Positions 10,312 through 19,203 of a stretch of 64,000 nt of DNA are shown piece by piece. The position numbers were made by a program, and so were the translations under genes. Within the stretch, counting starts at the first letter, position 1. Each line of letters starts with the position of its first letter. Origin of the DNA: an uncultured Alphaproteobacteria bacterium. GTDB lineage: Bacteria > Pseudomonadota > Alphaproteobacteria > RF32 > CAG-239. The DNA lies in the NCBI GenBank assembly GCA_944392315.1, contig CALXWH010000008.1:8549-72548 (forward strand), given 5' to 3'. Under the pieces are notes generated by a model. The model made no database searches. It was not told the origin of the DNA and saw only the letters and a list, made by a program, of their open reading frames with translations.

Positions 10312-11253
10312 ATGTTTGAGTGGCTTTTTAATGGAAAAAAACTACGCGAAAACGGTGTGTTGGGAATGAATGACCGCAATTATTCGGTTATTGCAAAATA
10401 CAATAAACGTTCTCTTTATACATTGGTGGATGATAAGGTTAAAACAAAGAAACTTGCAAATAGTATCAATATCAATACGCCGAAAATGATTGGTATTATT
10501 GAATTTCAATATCAAGTTAAGAATCTTTTGGAAATTGTAAAGGGATATGATACTTTTGTAATTAAACCGGCGCATGGTAGCGGTGGAAAAGGTGTTTTGG
10601 TTATAAAAAAATATGATGCAGAACATTTTTACAGTGCATCGGGTGATGTTTTAAGTTTTAAGGATATTTATCAGCATGTATCTAATACTCTAAGCGGATT
10701 GTTTAGTTTGGGCGGCAAATATGATGTGGCTCTTATTGAAGAAGCGGTTAATTTTAGTGATGTGTTCAAAAATTTTAGCTATCACGGTGTACCTGATGTG
10801 CGAGTTATTGTTTATAAAGGGTTTCCGGCGATGGTCATGATGCGTTTGGCGACAAAAGAATCCGGTGGTCGTGCAAATTTACACCAAGGTGCTGTGGGTG
10901 TTGGGCTTGATGTAAAAACAGGGCATCCGTTGAATGCAGTTATGCATAATAAGCCTATTTTAGTGCATCCGGATACGAAAGCTAATTTGATGGATTTGCG
11001 TGTGCCGTTTTGGCGTGAACATTTAATTATTGGTTCTTTGGCGTATGATATGACAGGGCTTGGATATTTGGGGGCGGATATTGTGTTAGATGAAAACCGC
11101 GGTCCTATGATGCTGGAGGTTAATGCACGTCCGGGGTTGGCTATTCAAATTGCTAATGGTAAAGGTTTGAAAAGCCGTTTGCAGGAAATTGATGAAACTT
11201 ATCCATCTGGGCTTTCTGCTGAAGAAAGGGTGGACTTTGTCTTGAATCACTAA
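10312..11253 (+). CDS. ATP-grasp enzyme, alpha-L-glutamate ligase-like (RimK-related)
   Basis: 313 aa. FVIKPAHGSGGKGV, a Gly-rich ATP-grasp loop, ..GADIVLDENRGPMMLEVNARPG (Mg/ATP-binding E-x-N). Starts 1 nt after the upstream stop. Confidence 0.7.
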   Translation: MFEWLFNGKKLRENGVLGMNDRNYSVIAKYNKRSLYTLVDDKVKTKKLANSININTPKMIGIIEFQYQVKNLLEIVKGYDTFVIKPAHGSGGKGVLVIKKYDAEHFYSASGDVLSFKDIYQHVSNTLSGLFSLGGKYDVALIEEAVNFSDVFKNFSYHGVPDVRVIVYKGFPAMVMMRLATKESGGRANLHQGAVGVGLDVKTGHPLNAVMHNKPILVHPDTKANLMDLRVPFWREHLIIGSLAYDMTGLGYLGADIVLDENRGPMMLEVNARPGLAIQIANGKGLKSRLQEIDETYPSGLSAEERVDFVLNH

Positions 11254-11320
11254 AAATAAATTCCTAAATATTTAGCTAGAGTTCTGTGATTTATGTCACA
11301 ATTGTTTGAAGGAGTTAGAG

Positions 11321-11926
11321 ATGTCTAATATTTTAGGTAAAAGTGAAACGAAAAGTTTGGATAAAAGCGATACAAAGAATTTGTCTGCTGAAGAAAAGAA
11401 ACAAATAGGAATGAGCGAAACGCGTGGTAAAAAAATGAAATATTCTTATAATGTTGCTGATCCGGAAAATGCATTGGTTATGAAACTTAAAGATGGAGAT
11501 GTTGTGATTGAGATGTTTCCTGATGCTGCTCCAAACCATGTGGCAAGAATAAAAGAATTGGTTCGTCAAGGATTTTATAATGGATTGAAGTTTCACCGTG
11601 TTATTGAAGGATTTATGGCGCAAACAGGTTGTCCTTTAGGGAACGGAACCGGTGGTAGCGGCAAAAAATTAGAGGCTGAATTTAATACTATTCCGCATAA
11701 AAGGGGAATTGTTTCTATGGCGCGTGCTATGCATCCAGATTCAGCTGATAGTCAGTTCTTTATTTGCTATGATGATTGTCCGCATTTGGATGGGCAATAC
11801 ACTGTTTGGGGTAAAGTTGTTTCTGGAATGGAATTTGTTGATAAAATCAAAAAGGGTGGCGGTTATAACGGAATGGTTAGCCAACCGGATGAGATTATCA
11901 GTATGCAGGTTATTGCAGATTTATAG
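11321..11926 (+). CDS. cyclophilin-type peptidyl-prolyl cis-trans isomerase with K/S/E-rich N-terminal extension
   Basis: FHRVIEGFMAQTGCPLGNGTGG..SMARA..DSADSQFFI..WGKV motifs. GGAG lies 8 nt upstream of the ATG at 11321; the ORF opens at 11306. Confidence 0.9.
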   Translation: MSNILGKSETKSLDKSDTKNLSAEEKKQIGMSETRGKKMKYSYNVADPENALVMKLKDGDVVIEMFPDAAPNHVARIKELVRQGFYNGLKFHRVIEGFMAQTGCPLGNGTGGSGKKLEAEFNTIPHKRGIVSMARAMHPDSADSQFFICYDDCPHLDGQYTVWGKVVSGMEFVDKIKKGGGYNGMVSQPDEIISMQVIADL

Positions 11927-11951
11927 GGTTGATATAAATTGTTTTATTGAG

Positions 11952-11976
11952 AGGCGTTCTGTGGAACGCCTTTTTC
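11952..11976 (+). terminator. intrinsic terminator after the PPIase gene
   Basis: aggcgttc-tgtg-gaacgcct hairpin followed by a T-run. Confidence 0.7.
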
Positions 11977-12064
11977 TTTAATAGATACAGATAAAATGTA
12001 TTTAATGAGCTTTGACTAATAAAAAAGTCATTCTTTTTAGAAAGAGGGCTTTGTTGGATATTTG

Positions 12065-12553
12065 TTATACCGCATGGTCTTTGTACGAATTGCGTAGATT
12101 GCAATGGGTTATTGCAATCGCTAAAGCGTCAGAAGAGTCATTGTTTTTAGGTTGACAGCCGGGAAGAAGAATTTTTACCATTGTTTCTACTTGGTTTTTA
12201 TCTGCTTTTCCGACTCCGGTCAGCGCTTTTTTGATTTTGTTTGGTTCATACTCAAACAAGGGAATATTATAAAGTGCCGGCATTAAGAAAACAACACCTC
12301 TTGCCATGCTTAATTTTAAGGATGTTTCTGGGTTGGTATTCAGAAAAGTTATTTCTATTGAGGCTTCATCCGGTTTATATAACTCTATTATTTTTTGAAG
12401 CTCTGTGAAAATCGTATGCAATCTTGTTGAAAGAGTTGCTTTTGCTGATGTCGGAATAAAACCGTCTGCCACATAAGACAGACGGTTTCCGTTTACATCA
12501 ATTATTCCCCAACCAGTGGAGGATATGCTCGGGTCTAAACCCAAAACACGCAT
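12065..12553 (-). CDS. ruvC: crossover junction endodeoxyribonuclease RuvC
   Basis: MRVLGLDPSISSTGWGII (catalytic Asp) and a C-terminal SSDALAIAITH motif. Overlaps the yebC stop by 1 nt. Confidence 0.9.
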   Translation of the reverse strand: MRVLGLDPSISSTGWGIIDVNGNRLSYVADGFIPTSAKATLSTRLHTIFTELQKIIELYKPDEASIEITFLNTNPETSLKLSMARGVVFLMPALYNIPLFEYEPNKIKKALTGVGKADKNQVETMVKILLPGCQPKNNDSSDALAIAITHCNLRNSYKDHAV

Positions 12554-13308
12554 TATTCTGCCTCCAGTTGAGCCATAATATCTTCTGCAATTTCTGCATT
12601 ATGGTAAACATGTTGAACGTCTTCATCATCTTCCAAAGCGTCAACAAATTCTAAGAACTTCTTAGCTGTTTCCAAATCTGTAATTTCTGTTTTAACGGTT
12701 GGTTTCCAGTCTAAACGAGAAGCAGAAGGTGTGCCGAATTTTTTTTCAAGAGCTTCTGTTACGGCAGATAAATCTTCCGGTAATGTTTCAATGGCGTGAA
12801 TTTCACCATCGGATACCACATCATTTGCACCGGCTTCTAATGCTTCTTCAAACATTTTATCGGCGTCTGCAACGCTAGCTGGATATTCTATATATCCAAT
12901 ACGTTCAAAGTTGAATGATACAGAGCCTGTTTCACCCATAGCACCACCACGTTTACCAAAGATAGAGCGTACGTTGCTTGCTGTACGGTTTTTATTATCA
13001 GTTAAAGCTTCTACAATAACAGCAACTTTGTTGGGTGAAAAACCTTCGTAACGCATTGTTGTGAAATCTGCACCACCTGCAACTTGAGTTGCTTTTGCAA
13101 TAGCACGCTCAATATTATCTTTTGGCATACTTTCGGCTCTGGCGGCCTGAATGGCTAATCTTAAGCGCGGGTTTTTATCCGGTTCAGGTAAACCACTTTT
13201 GGCGGCAACGGTTATTTCTCTTGCAAGTTTTGCAAATACTCTTGCTTTTTTTGCATCTTGTGCACCTTTGCGGTACATAATGTTCTTAAATTGGGAGTGT
13301 CCTGACAT
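12553..13308 (-). CDS. yebC: YebC/PmpR family DNA-binding transcriptional regulator
   Basis: MSGHSQFKNIMYRKGAQDAKKARVFAKLAREI N-terminus is diagnostic of the family. Confidence 0.9.
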   Translation of the reverse strand: MSGHSQFKNIMYRKGAQDAKKARVFAKLAREITVAAKSGLPEPDKNPRLRLAIQAARAESMPKDNIERAIAKATQVAGGADFTTMRYEGFSPNKVAVIVEALTDNKNRTASNVRSIFGKRGGAMGETGSVSFNFERIGYIEYPASVADADKMFEEALEAGANDVVSDGEIHAIETLPEDLSAVTEALEKKFGTPSASRLDWKPTVKTEITDLETAKKFLEFVDALEDDEDVQHVYHNAEIAEDIMAQLEAE

Positions 13309-13394
13309 TTAGCATCTCCATGTATGTAATAAGTTAATGTTTATTGTTGTTGTTTTCTATAAAATCTTATGAAAAATAGTGCAAGCTTTTTTTA

Positions 13395-14210
13395 CTATTC
13401 TGTTTCATCAGCCAATTTCGTATCTGCTAATAAAAAAGTAGGAGCTTTTTTGCCAAAGACTTTATAGCGTTTGGATAACTCTAGTGCTTTTTTATCCAGT
13501 AAGGGAGGCTTCAAGTCTTGTTTGGCGCCGGGAATTGGTGTCTTTTCAGGTTGAGCGGCCTGTTGCTTCTTTTCTTTTTTATTTATTTCTTGAGGTAAAG
13601 TCGGTTCAACAGATGCTACTTCTTCTTGCTTTTTATCTACTTTAATTTCTGCAGGCGTTTTTAGTATTTTATTCAGTATATCTTGAGTTTCTTTTGAACG
13701 TCTGGTAGTAAATACGATATTCTGTTTATTAACAGGCAATAAAGCTAAGATTTTTTCTAAATTACTTAATTGGCGTTTCTTTTTGATAAGATTGATGTCA
13801 TCAACTACAAGAATGTTTATGGTTGATAAATCCAGGTTATTTTCAGTTATGTTTTCTAACAATAAATCAGGAGAAGCGATGATAACATTAGCTTCTTTTT
13901 CTGCATTTTCTGCTTCGTTCATTTCATGATATTTGTTAAAAATAGAAAATTTATCTGAGATGTTTACTGCTTCTTTGCTATCTGCGGCAATTATTAAGAT
14001 ATTCTGTCCTTGATTTAGGGAAATAATATCAATTAGCGGAAATATATATGAGCAAGTCTTTCCGCAAGCGCTTGGAGCTATGGTGAAAATATCTTTGCCG
14101 GACAGAATTGAGGGAATCACGTCTTTTTGAACCGTTGTTGGTTCTTTATAGCCTAAATCTTCAATCGCATGTATGGTTTTTTCACTTAAACCTAAATCAC
14201 TAAAACTCAT
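13395..14210 (-). CDS. degenerate DEAD-box helicase domain-1-only protein with K/E/Q/P-rich tail
   Basis: Q-motif-like FSDLGLSEKTIHAIEDLGYKEPTTVQ. Walker A is APSACGKT. The DEAD box is replaced by VVDD and SAT by FTT. No RecA domain 2. Confidence 0.6.
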   Translation of the reverse strand: MSFSDLGLSEKTIHAIEDLGYKEPTTVQKDVIPSILSGKDIFTIAPSACGKTCSYIFPLIDIISLNQGQNILIIAADSKEAVNISDKFSIFNKYHEMNEAENAEKEANVIIASPDLLLENITENNLDLSTINILVVDDINLIKKKRQLSNLEKILALLPVNKQNIVFTTRRSKETQDILNKILKTPAEIKVDKKQEEVASVEPTLPQEINKKEKKQQAAQPEKTPIPGAKQDLKPPLLDKKALELSKRYKVFGKKAPTFLLADTKLADETE

Positions 14211-14391
14211 ATTTCTTTCCCATTTGTCGTATTTGATTTCTTGAATACTATAACTTTATTGCGCAGTGTCAAGCCCCTATATGTATTTGCGTGTAAAAAT
14301 TCGGAATGTTTAAATTTTATGTTTAAAAACATAGCTTTTTTAGAATTTTTGTGTTAAAGCGAGTATAGTTTTTATTGAGGTTGATGATAAA

Positions 14392-15714
14392 ATGGAAGAA
14401 ACGCTTTTTTCTAGTCGGATAAAAAGACCGTTGGCGGATAGGTTACGTCCAAAAAGGTTGGAAGATGTTGTTGGACAAGAACAAGTTTTGGGGGAGGATT
14501 CTCCTTTAGGGAGAATGCTTCAAACGGGGCGTATTTCTTCGTTTATTCTTTGGGGGCCTCCCGGTTGCGGAAAAACGACTATTGCCAGACTTATTGCCGA
14601 ATATACGAATCTTTATTTTGAACAAATATCGGCGGTTTTTTCCGGAGTGACGGATTTAAAGAGAGTTTTTCAATATGCACAAGAGCGTCGTGTTACGCAA
14701 GGTAAAGGTACGCTATTGTTTGTAGATGAAATTCATAGATTTAATAAATCCCAACAAGATGGGTTTTTGCCTTATGTAGAGGACGGAACGATTATTTTGG
14801 TGGGTGCTACGACGGAGAATCCTTCTTTTGAACTCAATTCAGCTCTGCTTTCCAGATGTCAAGTTTTTGTGCTCAACCGATTGACCCCAGAAAACTTTGA
14901 AGAGCTTTTGCGGAGAGCTGAAAAAGAAGAAGGGATGAAATTACCTCTTGATGAGGAAGCTCGCGAATTTATGAAAAATGTCGCTGATGGAGACGGACGC
15001 TATGTCCTTAATTTGGCAGAGAGTGTGTGGGCTTATGCTAAACCTGGGGAAATATTTGATAAAGAAAAATTGATGAAAATTATTCGCTCGCGCGCGCCTA
15101 TTTATGATAAAGGTCGCGATGGACATTATAATCTTATTTCTGCCGTGCATAAATCTTTGAGAGGGTCAGATGTTGATGCAGCCTTATACTGGGTTAGCCG
15201 CATGATTGTTTCAGGGGAGGATCCAAGATATATTTTGAGACGTCTTATTCGTTTTGCAGTGGAAGATGTTTCTTTGGCTGATCCTAATGCAGTTACACAG
15301 GCTATTGCTTGTGCAGAAGTTTATGAGAGATTAGGTTCTCCAGAGGGTGATTTGGCCGTAATGCAATTAACAGCCTATTTGGCAACAGCTCCTAAATCTG
15401 CTGCAGTCTATAAAGCAATGCATAGTGCTTTTGATACGGCTAAACAAACTGGTTCTTTGATGCCTCCAAAGCATATTTTGAACGCGCCGACTAAACTGAT
15501 GAAAGAATTGGGGTATCATGATGGATATATTTATGACCAAGATTTGGAAGATGGCTTTTCCGGTCAAAATTACTTTCCTGAGGAAATGGGACGGAGACGA
15601 TTTTATAATCCGGTTGACAGAGGGTTTGAACGCGAGATTAAGAAGAGAATAGAATATTTTGATAAGTTAAGAGCGGAAAAGCAGAGAGAACGTGCCAAAA
15701 TGAATAAGAAGTAA
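14392..15714 (+). CDS. rarA: replication-associated recombination protein A (AAA+ ATPase)
   Basis: LRPKRLEDVVGQEQ..WGPPGCGKTT..LFVDEIHRFNKSQQD, plus the C-terminal MgsA domain (HYNLISAVHKSLRGSD). Confidence 0.9.
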   Translation: MEETLFSSRIKRPLADRLRPKRLEDVVGQEQVLGEDSPLGRMLQTGRISSFILWGPPGCGKTTIARLIAEYTNLYFEQISAVFSGVTDLKRVFQYAQERRVTQGKGTLLFVDEIHRFNKSQQDGFLPYVEDGTIILVGATTENPSFELNSALLSRCQVFVLNRLTPENFEELLRRAEKEEGMKLPLDEEAREFMKNVADGDGRYVLNLAESVWAYAKPGEIFDKEKLMKIIRSRAPIYDKGRDGHYNLISAVHKSLRGSDVDAALYWVSRMIVSGEDPRYILRRLIRFAVEDVSLADPNAVTQAIACAEVYERLGSPEGDLAVMQLTAYLATAPKSAAVYKAMHSAFDTAKQTGSLMPPKHILNAPTKLMKELGYHDGYIYDQDLEDGFSGQNYFPEEMGRRRFYNPVDRGFEREIKKRIEYFDKLRAEKQRERAKMNKK

Positions 15715-15803
15715 ATACAAAATTTTCTCACTTTGGGGATTGATTTTTTCTTAAGTGTTGGTATGCTTTTTTCAGTAGAAAATTATTCTAAAAATTTATT
15801 GTT

Positions 15804-16010
15804 ATGAGTGTAGATTTAAAAGCGTTTGCTAAAGAACTTGTCAGTCTTAGAAGTAAAGAAGCGCAAGAGTTGGCAGAGGTACTGGAAAAAGAATATGGTA
15901 TTGAACCGAAATGTGTGGATGCAGGTGAAAATTCGCCTATTCCCGAAAAGCCTGTTTCTCGTCAAGTTCGCCGTAAAATGGAGAGAGAAGCTAAAAAAAG
16001 ACGAAAATAA
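15804..16010 (+). CDS. small protein resembling the ribosomal L7/L12 N-terminal (dimerisation/L10-binding) domain, with a Lys/Arg-rich tail
   Basis: MSVDLKAFAKELVSLRSKEAQELAEVLEKEYGIEP aligns by eye with L7/L12 N-termini, closest to the Bacteroidetes-type [34 protein letters not shown] as I recall it. It lacks the L12 C-terminal domain. No clear SD. Confidence 0.5.
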   Translation: MSVDLKAFAKELVSLRSKEAQELAEVLEKEYGIEPKCVDAGENSPIPEKPVSRQVRRKMEREAKKRRK

Positions 16011-16125
16011 TTAGTTTCTGAAAGCGTATTATTTAATGATTTTACAAAGAGCTCTTCTGTTTGAAGGGCTTTTTGTTTTATTCGCTTGTTTTTTTAGAGT
16101 TCTTCTGTTATGCTCCGAAGAACTT

Positions 16126-17070
16126 ATGAAAGGAAATCTGATGTCTGGTGTTGAAATTGTAAAAGTTAAGGGTTGTGACGATGGAATGCGTCTTAATCGG
16201 TGGTTTTTGAAATATTATCCAGGGTTGACTTTAGGACGACTGCAAAAGTTGTTGAGGACAAAGCAAATTAAAGTTAATGGGGCTAAAGCTGAAGCAAATA
16301 CGCGTCTTGAGGCAGGGCAAGATATTAGAATTCCGCCGCTTGATAATGAAAAGCAAGCTATTCAACATCAAGAAGTTTCTTTTAAGGATGCGGCTTTTAT
16401 TGAAAAATTGGTTATCTATAAAGATGACAAAGTTATCGTTCTTAATAAACCTTCCGGTTTAGCGGTGCAAGGAGGGACAAATACTAGTCGTCATATTGAC
16501 GGAATGTTGGAGGCACTTAAATTTGGTTATGAGGAAAAGCCTAAACTTGTTCATCGTATTGATAAAGATACGAGTGGAATTCTTGTTTTGGCCAGAACAC
16601 GGAAAATGGCTGATGTTTTAACAAAAGCTTTCAGAGAACACACTTTGCGTAAGACGTATTTGGCTCTGACTAGAGGTGTGCCAAATCAAGAATTTGGTGA
16701 AATCAAAGCGCCGTTGGAAAAAATGGATGGGCGTGTTCAGGTAGTTGAAGGTGGAAAACCAGCAATTACGGAATATGAAGTAGTGGATAGAGTTGGTGAT
16801 AAATATGCTTTGATTGCGGCTAGTCCTTTAACTGGGAGAACGCATCAGATTCGTGCACATTTAGAATATATTGGTGCTCCGATTTGGGGGGATGATAAGT
16901 ATTTTGGCTGTGAACGAGATAAAACTAAACTCTTGGCGAACAAGCTACATTTGCATGCGTATAAAATAGATTTATCTTCTGTGTATGGTAAAAAAATGGT
17001 TGTAAAAGCGCAAATGCCTGACTATTTTAAAGAAAGTTTGAAATTACTCGGATTAAATCTTGGGGAGTAG
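16126..17070 (+). CDS. RluA-family 23S rRNA pseudouridine synthase (RluC/RluD-like, with S4 domain)
   Basis: S4-like N-terminus (RLNRWFLKYYPGLTLGRLQKLLRTKQIKVNG), catalytic HRIDKDTSGILVLA and GRTHQIRAHL. The ORF opens at 16036, but an ATG at 16126 or 16141 is more plausible. Confidence 0.85.
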   Translation: MKGNLMSGVEIVKVKGCDDGMRLNRWFLKYYPGLTLGRLQKLLRTKQIKVNGAKAEANTRLEAGQDIRIPPLDNEKQAIQHQEVSFKDAAFIEKLVIYKDDKVIVLNKPSGLAVQGGTNTSRHIDGMLEALKFGYEEKPKLVHRIDKDTSGILVLARTRKMADVLTKAFREHTLRKTYLALTRGVPNQEFGEIKAPLEKMDGRVQVVEGGKPAITEYEVVDRVGDKYALIAASPLTGRTHQIRAHLEYIGAPIWGDDKYFGCERDKTKLLANKLHLHAYKIDLSSVYGKKMVVKAQMPDYFKESLKLLGLNLGE

Positions 17071-17076
17071 GATGAA

Positions 17077-19203
17077 ATGAAAAAATTTCTGAAAATTGTT
17101 CTTGTTTCTGTTGTATCGGTTTGTATTTTATTGGTTGCGGCTGGGTATATTCTTTTAACGCAGATTGATTTTAATGCGTATAAAAGCAGTATTATCAAAA
17201 TTGTTTATGATAAAACCGGACGTCAGCTAACGATGGATAATATTCAATTGAAGCCTTCTTTCAATCCGGTGGTTGAAGTGCATAACGTTACTTTTTCTAA
17301 TGCAAATTGGGCAAAAAATCCAGAAATGGTGTCTGCGCAATCGGTTGAATTGGGTTTTGCTTTGTTGCCATTATTTCATAAAAAAATAGAGATAGATACT
17401 TTTACGGTTCATGAAGCTGTTGTTAATTTAGAGATGAATCCGGAAGGAAAGGCAAACTGGGAATTTTCTGAAAATAATGTTTCTGAACCGAAAACACAGG
17501 CAAAGTCTAGTTTTAGCTTGATTAAATCAGCTTATGCAGAAGAAATGTTGGAAAATAAAGATGTTGCTGCTAAAGATGAATTTTTGTTGTCAGAATTGGT
17601 GGTTAGAAATCTTTTGTTAGATGATGTTCAAATTAATTATACAGATGCTGCTCAAAATACTCAGAGCTATAAAATCAATAATTTGGCACTAACAGAGGCA
17701 GAGCTTGATAATATAAATTTTGATTTTAATGTTAATGATGGCTTATATAAAGGTACAGGTGTTGCCGGTGGCTTTAGTAAACTGGAAAGTGCAGAAGGGT
17801 ATCCGGTGCAGGGAACTTTTGATATTATGGGGATTCAGGCTTCAACGGATGTTTTGTTATATAATTTATTAAGCGACATTAGCTTTAAAGGTAATGTAGC
17901 GGCTCAAGGCTTCTTAGGGAAAAATAGTGGTTATAATGAATCTATTAGCACTAAAATTGAAGGAAACCTAACAAAAGTTAATGCGGATATTGAGAGTTTG
18001 ATGTTCGCAGGAAACTTGATTAAAGGTACAATTTCGGTTGATATGACTTCAAAAGTTCCGGCAATTAAAGCAAATCTTAACAGCGATAAAATAGATATTG
18101 CTTCTTTTGTTAAGAAGTCTCAAAAAGTGGCTGGATTTAGTTTGATTAAAGAAGCGCATGCTACAACACTTGTTCCAAATGAGCTTATACCTTATCAATA
18201 TTTGTCAAGTGTTGATGCCAAAGCAGATGTGTCTGTTGGGCAGTTGGTTAATAAGGATACGTTGTTAGCAAAAGATTTAACTCTTCAGGCTGAAGTTGTT
18301 AAGGGAATTCTAAATGTTAAGCTTACTAAGGGGCTAATTTTTGGCGGTAATGCTACTGCGGCATTTAATGTTAACGCAACTCAAAAATCAGTTTTGCTAA
18401 AGATGGACGTTAACAAGATGAATCTTAAACAAGCTCTGATGGCGATGGGTGATTTTTCAACAGCCGTTGATTTTAAAAGTGGCAGTGAAACAGATATTAT
18501 GGTTAATCTAATCGGGCAGGGTGATACGTTGGTTGATGTTACTGATTCTTTGAATGGACAGATGATAGTGATTCTTGATCAATCGCAATTGCATATTGGT
18601 AATATTGGTATGTTCAAAGGTAATGTTGTGTCGCAATTGCTTGATACACTTCGTATTACCAAAGGAAATGATGATTTAAATTTGCGTTGTGCCGTGGTTC
18701 GGGCCGACCTAAAGGATGGAATGGCTAAGATACCAAACGGTATTGCCGTTAATGCTGATAAATTTACGGTTGTTGCAACGGGGGACGTCAATTTGAAAAA
18801 GGATGCTCTCAATTTGAGTTTCAAACCTTTTGCAGGTAAATTGACGGATACTAATCTGGCAAAGGTTTTGTCTTCTTTGGTTAAGTTGACAGGCACTGTT
18901 CAAAAGCCCAAAATCAGCGTAGACAGTGCTAACGCCATTAAAACAATTGTTGGGGTTACGACATCCGGTCCGGTTTATCTCGGAAGCCAAATGTTGTTAG
19001 AAAATGATGGTTCTCCGTGCTATACAGCTTTGCAAGGGACAGGATTTGAGACCAGATTCCCGAAACCGGATAATGTTGTAACTCAAACCACTAATGATGT
19101 CGGACAAATTTTTAATGATAGCGTTGGGGCGGTGAAAGATACAACTAAGGGGATTATTGATATTCTTTCCGGTTCTATGAAGAATTTAAATAGGAATAAA
19201 TAA
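17077..19203 (+). CDS. AsmA family outer-membrane biogenesis protein
   Basis: 708 aa. N-terminal signal-anchor followed by IDFNAYKSSIIKIVYDKTGRQLTMDNIQLKPSF, typical of AsmA; the rest is long and beta-rich. Confidence 0.75.
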   Translation: MKKFLKIVLVSVVSVCILLVAAGYILLTQIDFNAYKSSIIKIVYDKTGRQLTMDNIQLKPSFNPVVEVHNVTFSNANWAKNPEMVSAQSVELGFALLPLFHKKIEIDTFTVHEAVVNLEMNPEGKANWEFSENNVSEPKTQAKSSFSLIKSAYAEEMLENKDVAAKDEFLLSELVVRNLLLDDVQINYTDAAQNTQSYKINNLALTEAELDNINFDFNVNDGLYKGTGVAGGFSKLESAEGYPVQGTFDIMGIQASTDVLLYNLLSDISFKGNVAAQGFLGKNSGYNESISTKIEGNLTKVNADIESLMFAGNLIKGTISVDMTSKVPAIKANLNSDKIDIASFVKKSQKVAGFSLIKEAHATTLVPNELIPYQYLSSVDAKADVSVGQLVNKDTLLAKDLTLQAEVVKGILNVKLTKGLIFGGNATAAFNVNATQKSVLLKMDVNKMNLKQALMAMGDFSTAVDFKSGSETDIMVNLIGQGDTLVDVTDSLNGQMIVILDQSQLHIGNIGMFKGNVVSQLLDTLRITKGNDDLNLRCAVVRADLKDGMAKIPNGIAVNADKFTVVATGDVNLKKDALNLSFKPFAGKLTDTNLAKVLSSLVKLTGTVQKPKISVDSANAIKTIVGVTTSGPVYLGSQMLLENDGSPCYTALQGTGFETRFPKPDNVVTQTTNDVGQIFNDSVGAVKDTTKGIIDILSGSMKNLNRNK

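Noticed and set aside
15826-16014. Alternative-frame 62-aa ORF overlapping the L12-NTD-like ORF
   Set aside because: Lys/Trp-rich nonsense translation. The other frame has recognisable similarity to L7/L12 N-termini.
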